Part shown: positions 1 through 12,196 of the stretch, piece by piece
Position numbering within the stretch: position 1 is the stretch's first letter
Layout of the letters: every line of letters starts with the position of its first letter
Position numbers and translations under genes: made by a program
Notes under the pieces: model-generated
Databases searched by the model: none
Told to the model about the DNA's origin: nothing
The model's input: only the letters and a program-made list of their open reading frames with translations
Assembly: GCA_028534125.1 (NCBI GenBank)
Contig: CM052816.1
Location: 43,588,001-43,652,000, forward strand
Direction: 5' to 3'
Length of the DNA stretch: 64,000 bases
DNA from: Lama glama
Taxonomy: Eukaryota

Positions 1-807
1 CGGTGCACAGCCCGACTTCCCTCTGGGCCTGTTTTTCACTGTAGTTTCTGGACTCAGCCCTGCTCGTCTTATAAGCTCTGAGTGAACTGTGGCCCAGGAA
101 GCTGTGGCCCTGGGCCACGTGACCGAGTACTCCTTTTCTAGGGGACAGGTGGCATTTTGCCGTAAAAAGTTACAGCGCGTGGCTCTCCTGAGGAACATGC
201 ATCAAGTTTATTTTCTGACTAGTAAATGAATAAGTTTTTCTGACTCAATTGGGAATGAAAGGGAAATAACCTGCCTTTGGAGCTATCCCAGGATCTGATT
301 CGTTTGGAGCGGTTCATGCAATTTAACAACAACCCAGTCTTCAGAGGACTCTGCGGTACGTAAGCCTCGCAGATGAGGAAACTCTGGCTCCACAGGCGCT
401 GAGGGAGATGTGGGTAACTTCGAGCAATGCTGGGGGAGAAAATTTAGCTCAGAAAAATGTCAGTAAAATTCCAGGTACCCCCATTCTAGACAGACTCATT
501 TAAATCCCCAGGTTTTTAGGGGATGGTATTACAGTGCACTCTTAGAAATAGTTTGGTTGTGATTATTGTCTGTCCAGGGTTTATGTCCACTTGATTATAT
601 TTGTTGTTTATTTTGTCAGAGAAGTTGGGGAGAATCTATGTAGGCTAGTAAAGAAACTAGAGGAGGCAAGTGCAAGGATTGAGATCTTATCCTAGCAAGA
701 GTTTAGAATTTTAAATAAAAGGAAATAAGTCAGTACAGTTATGAATGTTATGACTTCTTCATTGAACAACTTAATTTCTCTTAGACCAAGTTATCATTGT
801 CTGTAAC

Positions 808-941
808 TAGGGTGAGCCTCTCTCCCAGTTTTCCCAGGACAGTCCCAGTTTATGTCTGTTGAACAAGCTTAGTGATAAATAATATCCCCTTTTATTCTTA
901 AAAGTGTCCTAACTTGGGAAATCAATTATGTAGTCACCCTA
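808..941. mobile_element. MER94-like hAT-Blackjack MITE, full length
   Basis: 134 bp with terminal inverted ends TAGGGTGA...TCACCCTA. The internal GGACAGTCCCAGTTTA and AAAAGTGTCC match the MER94 consensus as recalled. Confidence 0.8.
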
Positions 942-3021
942 ACCAGAAAGAAAGTTCCCTTGAAAGCTAATAGATTTGTGTAAAGGATGAAAGTGGAAAT
1001 GTTTTGATTTGGTTTTCAAATCTGGTTTCCTGAAGTGATGGAGTGAGCAGGCAGGGAACGTGGAAACCAGAGCAAACCATGCCTAGGTGATAACACACTG
1101 AGGTCTGCATCTTTCCTCCAACTGTTGTCACATGTCCTTTGTCTTTCCTCCCTAGGCAAACTGAGGATATTTTGAAATGTTTTCAGATAAACAACTTAGG
1201 ACTCAAAGTAGTTTCAGGTTTTCTTTTATGGTTATAATTTTTTTTTAAAAAGTGAGGAACTGAATTTCATATGTCTTGCTTAAATTAATTAGGAAGTTAG
1301 GCGTGACATCAAATTTCACTTTATTCCATTGTGAGAATTATCCTGGATAGAGTATTAGAGTAGATGCTAGCCTTCTGAGAGCAGTCATCAATGAATTATA
1401 AGTAGAGTATGACCAATAGATTCAATTTTTGTGTGATGTGGAAGTTCTGATTCTGCCAAAGTTAAAAGAGACTGCCAATGAGTTAACTTAAGAAATAACG
1501 TGATTAAAAATATTTGTAAGCATGGACACTACTTACTTTTAAATATTTAAGCAATATTTTTCATAAATTTAGAAATTTCAATTTATCATATCATTTATGT
1601 TTAATTCTCTAGAAGTTAAAAGTTACACTTAATTGCCTGACAGGTTTTTTGTTTGTTTGTTTAAACATATTCTCATTAATGTGAGGTTGCTGTGACTAAT
1701 GACTTTTTTGGGGGTATTTTTGTTAGTGAAGCATGCATTAAATTAATCACTTGAAAAATGTGTACATGAAATGATATATTCAAGGTCTTTGGGAAAATAG
1801 GAAACATACAACATGGGTATGTTTTGCTAGGAATATTATCTTCTATTTTGATTAACTTATTTTTCGTGTAACAAAACTCTAAATTGTTAATTGAGGAAAC
1901 ACCTGTTTTACCTGATTTTCTTAAGTGCACCGGATAGATAGTGGATGCCTTGCAGCAAAATTCTCATTAAACCAAGGATCCCATAATATGAGCTACAATG
2001 GCTGAATTATTGCATCCAAGAGGATATTATACTAAAACTTTGCTGCATCGTGATCCTCAGGGGCTTTGCGGTAGAATTACTTGTAAATGGAACCATTTTA
2101 TAAAAACATCCTTCTGATGCTTCAGGATTTCACAGAATTGGATGAGAAGAGATACTTTGTTACAGATAGGGAACTAATTTGGGAAGAAAACAAACATTAG
2201 AAACAAATGAACATTTCTTGGGGTGAAAAAAAATACAGGATACATAGAGCCTAATTTATGTAACCTGTCTATCAACTGCCTGGAGAAGCTTAAATGACAG
2301 AAATATCCAAGCCCTGTGCTGCTCTTCTCTTGCATCCATCAGCATGTTCTCTTCTTCTGGGATAGTCTCTGATGGGTGGGCAGTATGTGACCTGAGCCAG
2401 CCTGGCCAAGTGCTTTGAATACTGGACTAGAAATGCTTTCTCTGGGAAAGTTTGCACCTCATCTGCAGCTGAACCATCTTACCATCCCAAGGGGAGCCAG
2501 TTTTAGAAGAGTCTTATTGGATACTCTGAGGATAATGATACCAATAGGATTGCTGTGGGGATTAAATAAGGAGATGGTACATTATGAAATTTTCAAGCTT
2601 TATGATGACTTACAGCCTCTTGGTCAGTGGAAAGGCAAGGTTGCATGAAGATTTTATAACCCAAGCAAAATGCCCATCCCAGCAGAGGCTCAATAAATGT
2701 TTGTTGTTTTTCTTTGTTGCTGATCAGTGTCCATTCTCTGGTTTTGTCTCCACTTCACCTTTCAGTTTGATGCACGGATTGGTTCCCTTCTAGGTTCAAT
2801 GGCCCTGTGCCTGGGAATGCCCTACCTATCTACCAAGGGGCATGGGAAAACCCCACTATCAACCTTCACACATTATTGTGGCTGATGAATGAACTGTACC
2901 CTGCTAGCCCAAGTCATTAGATAGGGCAGTTTTACCCAATCACAGAGCAGCTGGACATTCCGAGCATTCTTTGGTTAAGTACAAATTTCCTTTGAGGAAA
3001 ACCAGATTCAGGGACACAGGC

Positions 3022-3495
3022 TGTGGCAGATTGTAGGTTCCCAGAATGACCACAACAACACTTCCTCTCCCTCATGCTCTTCCAGAACGTCGCCACTCCC
3101 TCAACGAGAGGCCGAGCCTGCATCTCTTCCTTATAAAGCTCAGTGACTTTGGTAACTGTTTCCAGATTAATGGAATATGGCAAAAATGATGCCGTGGGAT
3201 TTCCAAAGTGTAAGTTAAAAGAGGGGATACCGTCTCTGGAGATGCCCCCCATTAGAACCCAGCCAGTTTTCTGTGAGGACATGTAGGCTACCTGGGGAAG
3301 AGCCGAGACTCCTCCCAGCCGACAGGCATCCCAGCTTGTCAGCCAAGTGAGCGAGCCATCTTGTATGCTGTAGAGTGGAGGACAGATGAGCTCGCCCTGC
3401 CAAGCCTTACCCAAACTGCAGACTTGTGAGTAAAAATAAACGGTGGTTCTTGTTTGGAGTCATTGTTCTTGGTGGTCTGTTACGCCGCAGTAGGT
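3022..3495 (+). mobile_element. MLT1 (MaLR) solo LTR, MLT1F/G/H-like
   Basis: Starts TGTGGCAGATTGTA. Contains AGAACCCAGCCA, GTGAGCGAGCCATCTTG and CCCAAACTGCAGACTTGTGAGTAAAATAAA, and ends near TGTTACGCCGCAGTAG, as in MLT1 LTRs. Confidence 0.75.
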
Positions 3496-3499
3496 GTTG

Positions 3500-3630
3500 A
3501 TCCTCACCCTTTTATGAGGTCGTGCTAGTATTATGCTCACTTTATAGAGAAGGAAATAGAGGCTCTAACAGGAAAATAACTTGTCAAGGTCGTCCTGGTG
3601 GTAAATGATGGGGGCAGATTCTAGAGTCTT
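3500..3630 (-). mobile_element. MIR SINE fragment
   Basis: Degenerate MIR core: CTCACTTTATAGAGAAGGAAATAGAGGCTC...AACTTGTCAAGGTC. Confidence 0.65.
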
Positions 3631-4420
3631 CCTCAAAGCACAGATTCTCACAGAGGATGCAATACCAGTATATCAGTCAGGATACGTTGGTAAATGGTGT
3701 GGGCTTTGGAGACAAACTGCTGTAATGTGAGTGCCAAATCATGCAAGGCACTGTCGTTAGATCCAGGGGCAATCAGGGATCAGAAATCCCTGCCCTCATG
3801 GAACTCCTTTTCCCATGTGTGAGGGATAATAATATAAAGCCCTTAGCATGTAAAATGCCTACCACAGTCCCTGGCACACAGATGCAACATGAATATTGGT
3901 TATTGGTATGATTATTGAACAAGAAAACACTCTGGTTATCATCTGTGACCTTGATGTTACAAACATGATTGTCTGTCCATTTTGACAGCCACATTTCAAT
4001 AGCTTGGATGGGAAATAACATTTGATTTGTGTGAGCAACATGCAAGTTTGAAACTGAGATAATTCTAGCAAATCATAGTGTTTAGTGTTTACTATTCAGC
4101 AATATTATATGGTGGCCTCTAGGACCTCACGGATCTCTAAAGGGTTGTCAAATGGGGTGATGAAAATAATCTCATAGATACTAAAAAAGAAACTCCAACA
4201 GAAAAATAAAGTAAAAGCTTGATTATCTGTGGTGTGATGGTGGGGAGGGAATGTGTCCATAATCGAAGTCAACAGATAGCCCTCAGCTTCCTGGTTCATC
4301 AAACCGTTTCCCAGAGCTGATAAGCAGCAAAATTGGCTGGCTTAAATTTCACATCCTTTTATTGCTCCCGTGGTGATGATGATAAATAATACGCAAGAAT
4401 CCAGGTAATTAGTCCTTGTG

Positions 4421-4580
4421 GATGTTTGGAGCTGGAGGAACTTTAGAGGGTCCTCTGGTCTGGTTCCCTCATTCTAGAGTTTAGGAACCTGAGGCTTGGA
4501 AATGCTGTGTCCTGATGGCACGTGGTTGGTAAGCATCAGAGCTGAAACAAAGTCCCAAGGCCCCAACTTCCAGTCTTACA
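4421..4580 (-). mobile_element. MIR3/MIRc-like SINE fragment
   Basis: GAGCTGGAGGAACTTTAGAG...CCCTCATTCTAGAG...GGAACCTGAGGCT...CAGAGCTG core pattern. Confidence 0.55.
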
Positions 4581-4887
4581 TTTCCTTACAGCTTTCTCTG
4601 ATTTTCCCTTACGCCGCCTCCCTCCTCTTCTTTCCGTATCTGCAACCACTAAGCATCTGGGGTCTACGCACAAGTAACTGAATTAAATGGAAGCAGATTT
4701 ATTTTTCAGTGTTGTGGTCGGTAAACACAGGACGGTAGAGGAACGTTGACTTTCCTTAAGCTAGAGTTGGAATTCCAGCCTCTGTGCCCTTGCTTAAGTG
4801 ATTGACTCTACCCGGAGTGCCCTTGTGGCTTGAAAGTTCTCATCTAGCTTCTTTCCCACATAAAGAAATCTCGTTCATTCTCATGGT

Positions 4888-5280
4888 TGTTGGCAGAGGT
4901 TGTTGAGAGGATGTGACCACTGGTTGACCTGTGAGCTGGACCCAGGCAACTGGAGGTCCTCATCCCTTCCCCTGTCCTTGGAATGTACATTCTGCCCACC
5001 GTTCTCACAGTGGGAGCTGTTTTCAAGGACACAGCCTTGAGAGAGAAAGGTGTTGAGACATCTGGACAGTATACTGACTGAATCTAGTTAAAGCCATTAA
5101 ATAAACTTTCAAGATTCTGGCAGGTGGGTGCAGAGATCTACCTGTTTTGCAGATTCTCAGAACAAGCCTCAGATGTACGTTCCCTTGCTTATCAAACCTG
5201 CCACCTACCAATCTGGAGAGGTCTACCTCTTTGGTCTCTTCTTACCCTCTGTGTAACAGAGGCCAGTTTTCAAACCAACG
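4888..5280 (+). mobile_element. ERV solo LTR (family not assigned)
   Basis: Begins TGTTGG and ends CCAACG (CCAACA-like inverted end). Has LTR-like internal AAACCTGCCACCTACCAATCTGGAG and a pyrimidine-rich U5-like tail. No clean TSD. Confidence 0.6.
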
Positions 5281-6357
5281 AGCCGGCTGAAATGCCATGA
5301 AGTCTTCCCTGACCACTGTGGCTGAGCTACACAGTTGGTTCCTCCCCCAACTTGCCTTGTATCACAGTCCCATATAATTACTTCTGTTCTAAACTGTAAG
5401 CTCCCTGAAGGAAGAAAGGCATCACAGTGACCGGGACAACAGAGAATCATTCATAAGTACAATAAGCTGTACGTGCTCAGATGTATATTGTGTATCTTTC
5501 CTAGTTTAGTAACAAGTTTTCAGCATGTCCCTTTCAGGACTTTATAGCTAGCCACCTGTATTTGGCCTATTATTAAATTCCAATCAATGCCAGATTATAT
5601 GGTCACATGTTCTGAGTGTCAGTGGCAAGAGTAATAAGTGATAAGAGGGAAATGCAGTTGGCATTACAAAAGGGTTTAATAGAAATACTTGGATCACTCA
5701 CTAGGTAAAAGGCAACATGTTAGGCTCTATGTTAAATAAAAAGCTGAAAAAAGGTACATAGTTTCTTCTAATAGTGTATGATATTATGTCCAAATCATAT
5801 TTTACCTAATGCTGTTCCTTCCCCTTCTTATAGGAGATGGAAGTAGGAAGAGGTAGGTTGTTATAGTTTTAATTTCACTTCACAGCCATTCAAGAACCAT
5901 GTAGAACCAGCTGTGCTTGTGTAACGTGTAACATATGTAGTCAGGATTAGGAGCTGACTGGTCAGTTCTTTAGAGTTCTCTTTTCTTTCTCTTGCCACTT
6001 TGGGCATCAGAACCTTGGTTTCAGTAGTCATTTGTATACACCCAACTCAGATATCTATCTGCAACAATGTGTGAAAGGGCTATTGCACATTTATAAAGAG
6101 AGTTGAAAAGCTTAATTGAATAGACTAGACCATATACAAGAATATGTATGTATATTCTGAATTTTTGAGGTTAGCTTTTCATTTTTCTCTGCTAGGCATT
6201 GGGAAACTCTTTAGTAAGATGTGGTATAGAGAATTTTCTTTTTCTTGTATGGTCTGAATTTACTTTCCTTTTTTTTTCTTTTTTGCCAAGTTGTATTAAT
6301 TAGGTTGCTGAAAATGAAAGTGTGGGTAATCATTAGTCAAATCCATTTCACTGAAGA

Positions 6358-7203
6358 TTTTTTTATATTTTTTTAACATTTTTTATTGCGTTATAGTCAT
6401 TTTACAATGTTGTGTCAAATTCCAGTGTAGAGCATAATTTTTCAGTTATACACGAACATACATATATTCATTGTCACATTTTTTTCGCTGTGAGCTACTA
6501 CAAGATCTTGTATATATTTCCTTGTGCTATACAGTATAATCTTGTTTATCTATTCTACATATGCCTGTCATTTTGAACTCCCAGTCTATCCCTTCCCACC
6601 CTCCTCCCCCTTGGCAACCACAAGTTTGTATTCTATGTCTATGAGTCTGTTTCTGTTTTGTATTTATGTTCTTTTTTTTTTTTTTAGATTCCACATATGA
6701 GTGATCTCATATGGTATTTTTTTTCTCTTTCTGGCTTACTTCACTTAAAATGACATTCTCCAGGAACATCCATGTTGCTTCAAATGGTGTTATGCTGTCA
6801 TTTTTTATGGCTGAATAATATTCCATTGTATAAATATACCACATCTTCTTTATCCAGTCATCTTTGATGGACATTTAGGCTGTTTCCATGTCTTGGCTAT
6901 TGTAAATAGTGCTGCTATGAACATTGGGGTGCAGGTGTCTTTCTGAAGTAGGGTTTCTTCTGGATATATGCCCAGGAGTGGGATGACTGGGTCATATGGT
7001 AAGTCTATTCCTAGTCTTCTGAGGAATCTCCATACTGTTTTCCACAGTGGCTCTACCAACCTGCATTCCCACCAGCAGTGTAGGAGGGTTCTGTTTTCTC
7101 CACAGCCTCTCCAGCATTTGTCATTTGTGGACTTTTGAATGATGGCCATTCTGACTAATGTGAGGTGATACCTCATTGTAGTTTTGATTTGCATTTGTCT
7201 GAT
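6358..7203 (-). mobile_element. Relatively young 5'-truncated LINE-1 (ORF2 C-terminus, 3' UTR and A-rich tail)
   Basis: ORF 6850-7194 encodes the L1 ORF2p C-terminus with the CCHC knuckle (CWRGC...HCWWEC) and LGIYP...[14 protein letters not shown]. After a 1-bp frameshift near 6862 the frame continues [20 protein letters not shown]...ICGI to a stop at 6684-6686. T-rich tail at ~6358-6385. Confidence 0.97.
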
Positions 7204-7214
7204 TTCACTAAGGT

Positions 7215-7620
7215 TTTAATTGTCACTTGGAAAGACTTGCATGTCCTCCAAGTGGCACATCGCCCAAACAAGAAGATATTTCCCTCAGTTGTTTTACAGG
7301 AACTTGGAGTCAGCTGGTTGAAGCTGAGCTGGTTAAGGCTGGATTGGACCACTGACCCTCCAACTGGGCATGCTTAAGTGTCTGGTGACCTTTTGACATC
7401 ACGGGCTGGAAAACTCCACCCTCATATTGTGCTAAGTGCCTCCATCTTTCAACGTGCAGAGGCCTGTAGCCTGTTACGCCTGTGCAGAAGGAGGATCACT
7501 GCACCTTTCCCCACATTCTCCACACCCTGCACATATTTGACACCCCACATGCCTCAGACATCCCTGCTGCTTTATTCCTTATCTTATAAATACCCCAGCC
7601 CCTTGCCACGTGCCTTTTTG
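7215..7620 (+). mobile_element. ERV1-type LTR fragment, MER34/MER39-like
   Basis: TGACCTTTTGACATCACGGGCTGGAAAACTCCACCCTCATATTGTGCTAA resembles the MER34/39 motif as recalled. TATA-like TATAAATACCCC near 7585. Confidence 0.6.
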
Positions 7621-7689
7621 GTGGGAAGCTGGGATGCCTTATGCCATTAAGTTTGCTATAATTTGTATAGTCTGTCAGTTTCAACAGTG

Positions 7690-8430
7690 GGAAGAAGACA
7701 CAAGTTGTGAGGCTACTGTAGTAAGTCAGGCAAGAGAAAATGCACACCAGGACTCGCAGTAGCAGAAAGGAGAGAATGAAACTTGTATTGATTTGATGTG
7801 GGGTTAAAGAAAAAGAATAAATATAGGATAAATATAAATAAAGGCCAAATTTCTGGTTTTGCAATGAGTGGGAGGTGGAACTTGTAGATCAAATACAGTT
7901 TTGAGGGAAAGACGATGAATCACCATCCGTTGGCATTTTCAAGATGAATATATATCTACCGAGAAATTAGATTTAAGAGTCTGAAGACAGAAGAATGCTC
8001 TGGGCTAATTAGGTTGGGGAAACTGAAGCAGGGTGGTAGTGGGGGGGGGACACTGCTTGGGAAACATGCAGAGGGTGAGAAGAGGGATGAGGACAGAGTT
8101 TTGGGAAGCCTCACGATTTAAAAGAAGGGTTGGAGAAGTCAAGCTTAAATGGATGCTGGGAAGAAGAACAAACAGAACTTCATGTCAGGGAAATGAGAGG
8201 AAAGTGTCTTAAGGCAGGATTGTTTCACTGTTGGACTCTAGAGAGATAAAGTAAGGTGAAGGCTAAAAACTACCTATTGGGTTTTATAAGTGGGTCACTG
8301 ATGGAAGTAGTGATAGAAATTCCTTTCTGTGGAGGGAACGAAGCTATGTTAAACCAGGTTAAGGAATAAACAAGAGGTGCTAAATTGAGATTTTGAAGGT
8401 GGATTCCTTTCTATAGAAACTTACGTGAAT
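7690..8430 (-). mobile_element. Degenerate L2 LINE fragment
   Basis: Purine-rich tract with AGGCTACTGTAGTAAGTCAGGCAAGAG, GATTTGATGTGGGG and TTTCTGGTTTTGCAA, typical of antisense L2 remnants. Confidence 0.55.
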
Positions 8431-9098
8431 AGAAGCTCCTATTTACGGTAGTGCCTCTGGGTGGTTGCATGATTAAAAGACTTTTTAAAGATATGGCTTT
8501 GATGTTCACAGGTTTACATACTGAGGGAGAAGGGAGGTTAAAAGATGAAAGAAGGAGTGGGGATAAGTTGAGAGAACAATATCTCTGAAGAGGCAAAGGG
8601 GGATGAAATGAGGTTACTGATTCTTCTCTGTCTGTCCCATGCTGTTCCTGTCCCATAACACACTGAGCTGGGCAGGTCACTTCCTTGTCAAACCTGAATA
8701 TCAATTTGGTCTCCGTATTGGTGCAGTCTCTGTGGGGCTGAATTAAAAGAAACAGCCCAGCTACCAAAGAAGTAAAAATTTTCTTGATGTCCCTCTAAAA
8801 ATGCCAGGGGCCAGAGTATAGTCCTAACTTTAAGTAAGATTTAAATTTCTCTTGACTTCGGTTTGTATGTATCATAGCTGCATTTACTGTAGCTTTTCCA
8901 CAGTATAATTGCACAGCAAAGCATACTATCATTCCTTTTTCAACCTCTTTCCCTCTTACCAGAGTCAAACACTTGAAACTGGCAAAAAAATCTCTTCTGT
9001 TACTTCTCTCTTTTGCAAAAGAAGTTTTCTGTTAGAAAGGCTAGAAGAGAGCAGAGGAGGCTAGACAAATAAAAGGAATTGTAGTTAAGAAACTAGCC

Positions 9099-9287
9099 TA
9101 GGAGTTCTCAAAGTTTAGCATTCATCAAAATCACCTGGAGTGTTGGTTAAACTACCAATTACTGAATTGCACCTCCTGAGTTTCTGATTCGATACATCTA
9201 GGTTGGGGCTGAAGAATTTGCATTTCTAGTAAGTTACCAAGTGATGTTGATGATTCTGGTCTGTGGACCACACTGTGGGAAGCACTG
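9099..9287 (-). mobile_element. MER5A hAT-Charlie MITE, full length with 8-bp TSD
   Basis: 189 bp. Contains TTCTCAAAGTTTAG...AATCACCTGGAG...GAATTTGCATTTCTA...GGACCACACTGTGGGAAGCACTG. Flanked by AACTAGCC (9091-9098) and AACTAGCA (9288-9295). Confidence 0.9.
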
Positions 9288-11239
9288 AACTAGCAAGCTG
9301 AAAGGGAAGCAGATCAGAAGGAGACTTGGGTGCAATGGAATGCCGTTACTAAAACCAAGGTACGAGGCACGGTTTTTATGAAGGGCAAAAAGCCGTATGT
9401 GGTTATTAGAAGATACAGAGCAAGGCCTGCTTGGTGCTGAGCTACTGAGTTACTTGCCCAGGTTCTTCTTCCAGTGGGGCTGAAGCTGGCCCCGCAGTGT
9501 GAGGAAGGGAAATATGCAGGGGTGGTAGCTGGCTGGGTTCAGTTTTCGCGATTGGAAGTTTTCGGAGGCAGAGATAGCAAGGCAAATTTTTACACAAAAT
9601 TTACAAAGGACAAACTGAGGTGAGATGGAAGTTAGTATTCTGTTTTTCCTTAGGGGGGGTGTCAAGCAGTTTTGTGACTCATCCAAGTTTAGTATGCACC
9701 CAGACTGAAGTCGCTTTTCTGCTCCCCCAGATGAGTGTTTTTTCAACTTACAAAGTACTTAAAGGTGTCTACTTACAAGCAGTCATGTAGAGTAGTTTGG
9801 TTCTAATGTCTGACAGCTTTACCCAGTGTTGAGAAATGATAAATCTGGAAACACATTTCTTAATCTATATAATCATGTATAACTTCAGTGAAATTTGAGC
9901 CATATATTTTCCAGTTCAAATTAAATAATCAAGTTCCCATGTTGTTGAACAGCTAAAAAATTTTAAGTAAAATTTAAAGTATTCCTTAAGAGTTTGTTAA
10001 TATACTCTTTTACAGTGTTCTGTTGAGCAGAAAGTGTTGACTTAAGCCAGGTAAACAGACAGCAAAGCAGGGAAGACTACTAGGTGAATGAGGCTGTATT
10101 TTCGTAAAATCTGGTATAATTTAAACACACGTCAAAAAGAAGTTCCATTCCCGTTAAGACAGGTCTTTGCGAAGTGAATAATACTTAGAAAGCCTCATCG
10201 TGTTGTCTACTGCTATACAGCCGAGGAAGTTAGGTCGTAAGGACATAACTGCATTTGTGAGACGAGAAAAACAACAGGCACATAATCACCTAAACGTGGG
10301 GCAAACCTCTAAAATGCAAACCAACCTAGCAATGAAATCACAATGAAATTATAAATTTATGGAGGAAAAGCTGGGAGGTTAATTTTACCCTTTAAAACCT
10401 CAATGAAGCACAAAATTCAGGGGAAAAACTAATAATTATGAGTAAGAATTGTAAGATTTGGAACATCAACTCGGCAAATGAAGACATTACCACATGGCCG
10501 ACATTAGCCAATAAAAGGCATCCAATCACTCAAAAATGAGCTCATAACGCAAAATGTGAGCACTGTGGGTTTCCAGCGAGATGGTGCATTTATGAAAAAA
10601 ATTCATTTATTACTTTCTGTGACTGAGCTCATTCAATCCACATTTACTGAGCACAGACAATGGTCTTGCATTTTGTGTGAGGTGCTACGGGGGGCTAAAA
10701 AATGCATCCTGACCTTAAGGACAGTACAGTTTAGTTGGCATGTGTGACTGGAGGGAAAAGAAAGGAACAAAGAACTGTAAGATAAGGAGAGATGCGAAAG
10801 ATAAAAAGAAACCAATGTGAAGAGGCAGAGGAAGTAGTAGGAGGCGGTCAAAGAAGGAGGAAGAGTTTAGGACAGTCTTCAAGGAGAAGTAATTGTAGTG
10901 CGCCTTATGGCATATGTGGTACTCTGACTTTAATTTCAGTTTTTCTCAAAGTACACACTAACTCATTAAGCTGAAAATGCCGTGATGTACATGTATTCAG
11001 GTGGCAATTTGATACCAAATCAACACACCTTAACATGTGAATTAGATAAAAAATGCAGGAATGTAAAACTCATTGATGAATACAAGACAACATAGGCTAA
11101 CTTATGCATCAGCAAGAAACTTCCCCTATATCCCAGTGGTTTAACGTAACTACTGTTTATACAGGATAGATTGCATGTAGAAAAGTAACTTTGTTAAAAA
11201 AAAGGTGGAGAGTATCTTGAAGACAGGGAGAAGTTTTAC

Positions 11240-11700
11240 ATGTCTCCTGGAAGAAGTTGGAGAAAGTAGCAGTGAGGGTTTGAACTGGTGCTGTCCTAGA
11301 AAGGGTGAGATGGAGTCAAGAGACTTTCACGAGTAGAGTCAGTGGGAACTCCTTGAAGGAGGGCTGAGGGAGAAAGAAGACATGGATATGATCACGTGCA
11401 GCTGGTTGACTGGCTGGATGGTGGTGCTGTTAACTGACAAGATACCTTTTACCAGAAGCAGCAGCAGGTTTGGAGGGAACTTGATTGCAGTACTTGCAGG
11501 AAAAGTACTTGCAGCTGTTGACAAAGCTGTTATAAATGCATATTTGGATCAAAGAAGAGAGATTGGACTGAACGTAGACTGGGAAATACTTGATCTCCAG
11601 GTGACAGCGGAAGCTGGGGTGGCCGAGATTTCCCTGGGAGGAGAGGGTTGAGTATGGAACTTGGGGAAAGGTCTTTACTGTGTGAAGGGGTGAGTCTAGT
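11240..11700 (-). mobile_element. L2 fragment (appears to resume ~12220-12330 after the MLT1 insertion)
   Basis: GACTGGCTGGATGGTGGTGCTGTTAACTGA, GCAGCAGGTTTGGAGGGAA and GAGAGATTGGACTG are typical L2 remnants. Confidence 0.55.
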
Positions 11701-11728
11701 CCAGCTTTGCTGTATTCTAGAGGAGGCT

Positions 11729-12196
11729 TTTATTAATTTTCTTGGGCTGCTGTTACCAAACTACCTCAGACTGGGTCACTTAAACAGCATAAACTTCATC
11801 AAGTTACTATTTCCCAGTTCTGGAGGCTAGAAGCCCAAGCCAGGTGTCAGCAGGATTGGCTCCTCCTGAGGGCTGGGAGGGACACTGTGGCCCCCGCCCC
11901 GTACTGGCTCACAGAGGCGTGCCGGCAGTCTTCGGCATTCTTTGGCTTGTAGGTGCAACACCCTGATCTCTGTCTTCATCTTTCATCTTCACGTGGGGTC
12001 ATCCTTATGTATGTGTCTCTCTGTGTCCAAATGTCCCCTATTCATAAGGACACTAATATTTGATTAGGGCCCACCCTAATGACCTCATCTTTATCGTTTG
12101 CTAAGACCATGTTTCTGAATAAAGTCACGTCGTGAGGTACTGGGGGTTAGAACCTCAACATGTGAAGCTTGAGGGTACAAAATATGACCCGTTACA
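11729..12196 (-). mobile_element. MLT1C-like MaLR solo LTR
   Basis: GGGCTGCTGTTACCAAACTACC...CAGTTCTGGAGGCTAGAAG...GATTAGGGCCCACCCTAATGACCTCATCT...GAGGTACTGGGGGTTAGAACCTCAACA, ending GTTACA. Confidence 0.85.

Noticed and set aside
1912..1990. Minus-strand short frame MRILLQGIHYLSGALKKIR ending at CAG|GTAAAA
   Set aside because: Weak donor, no recognised homologue and no supporting promoter signal.
2932..3414. 160-aa minus-strand ORF
   Set aside because: It lies almost entirely within an MLT1 LTR and has no recognisable domain.
6850..7194. 114-aa ORF as a host gene
   Set aside because: It is the frameshifted C-terminus of L1 ORF2p in a 5'-truncated element.
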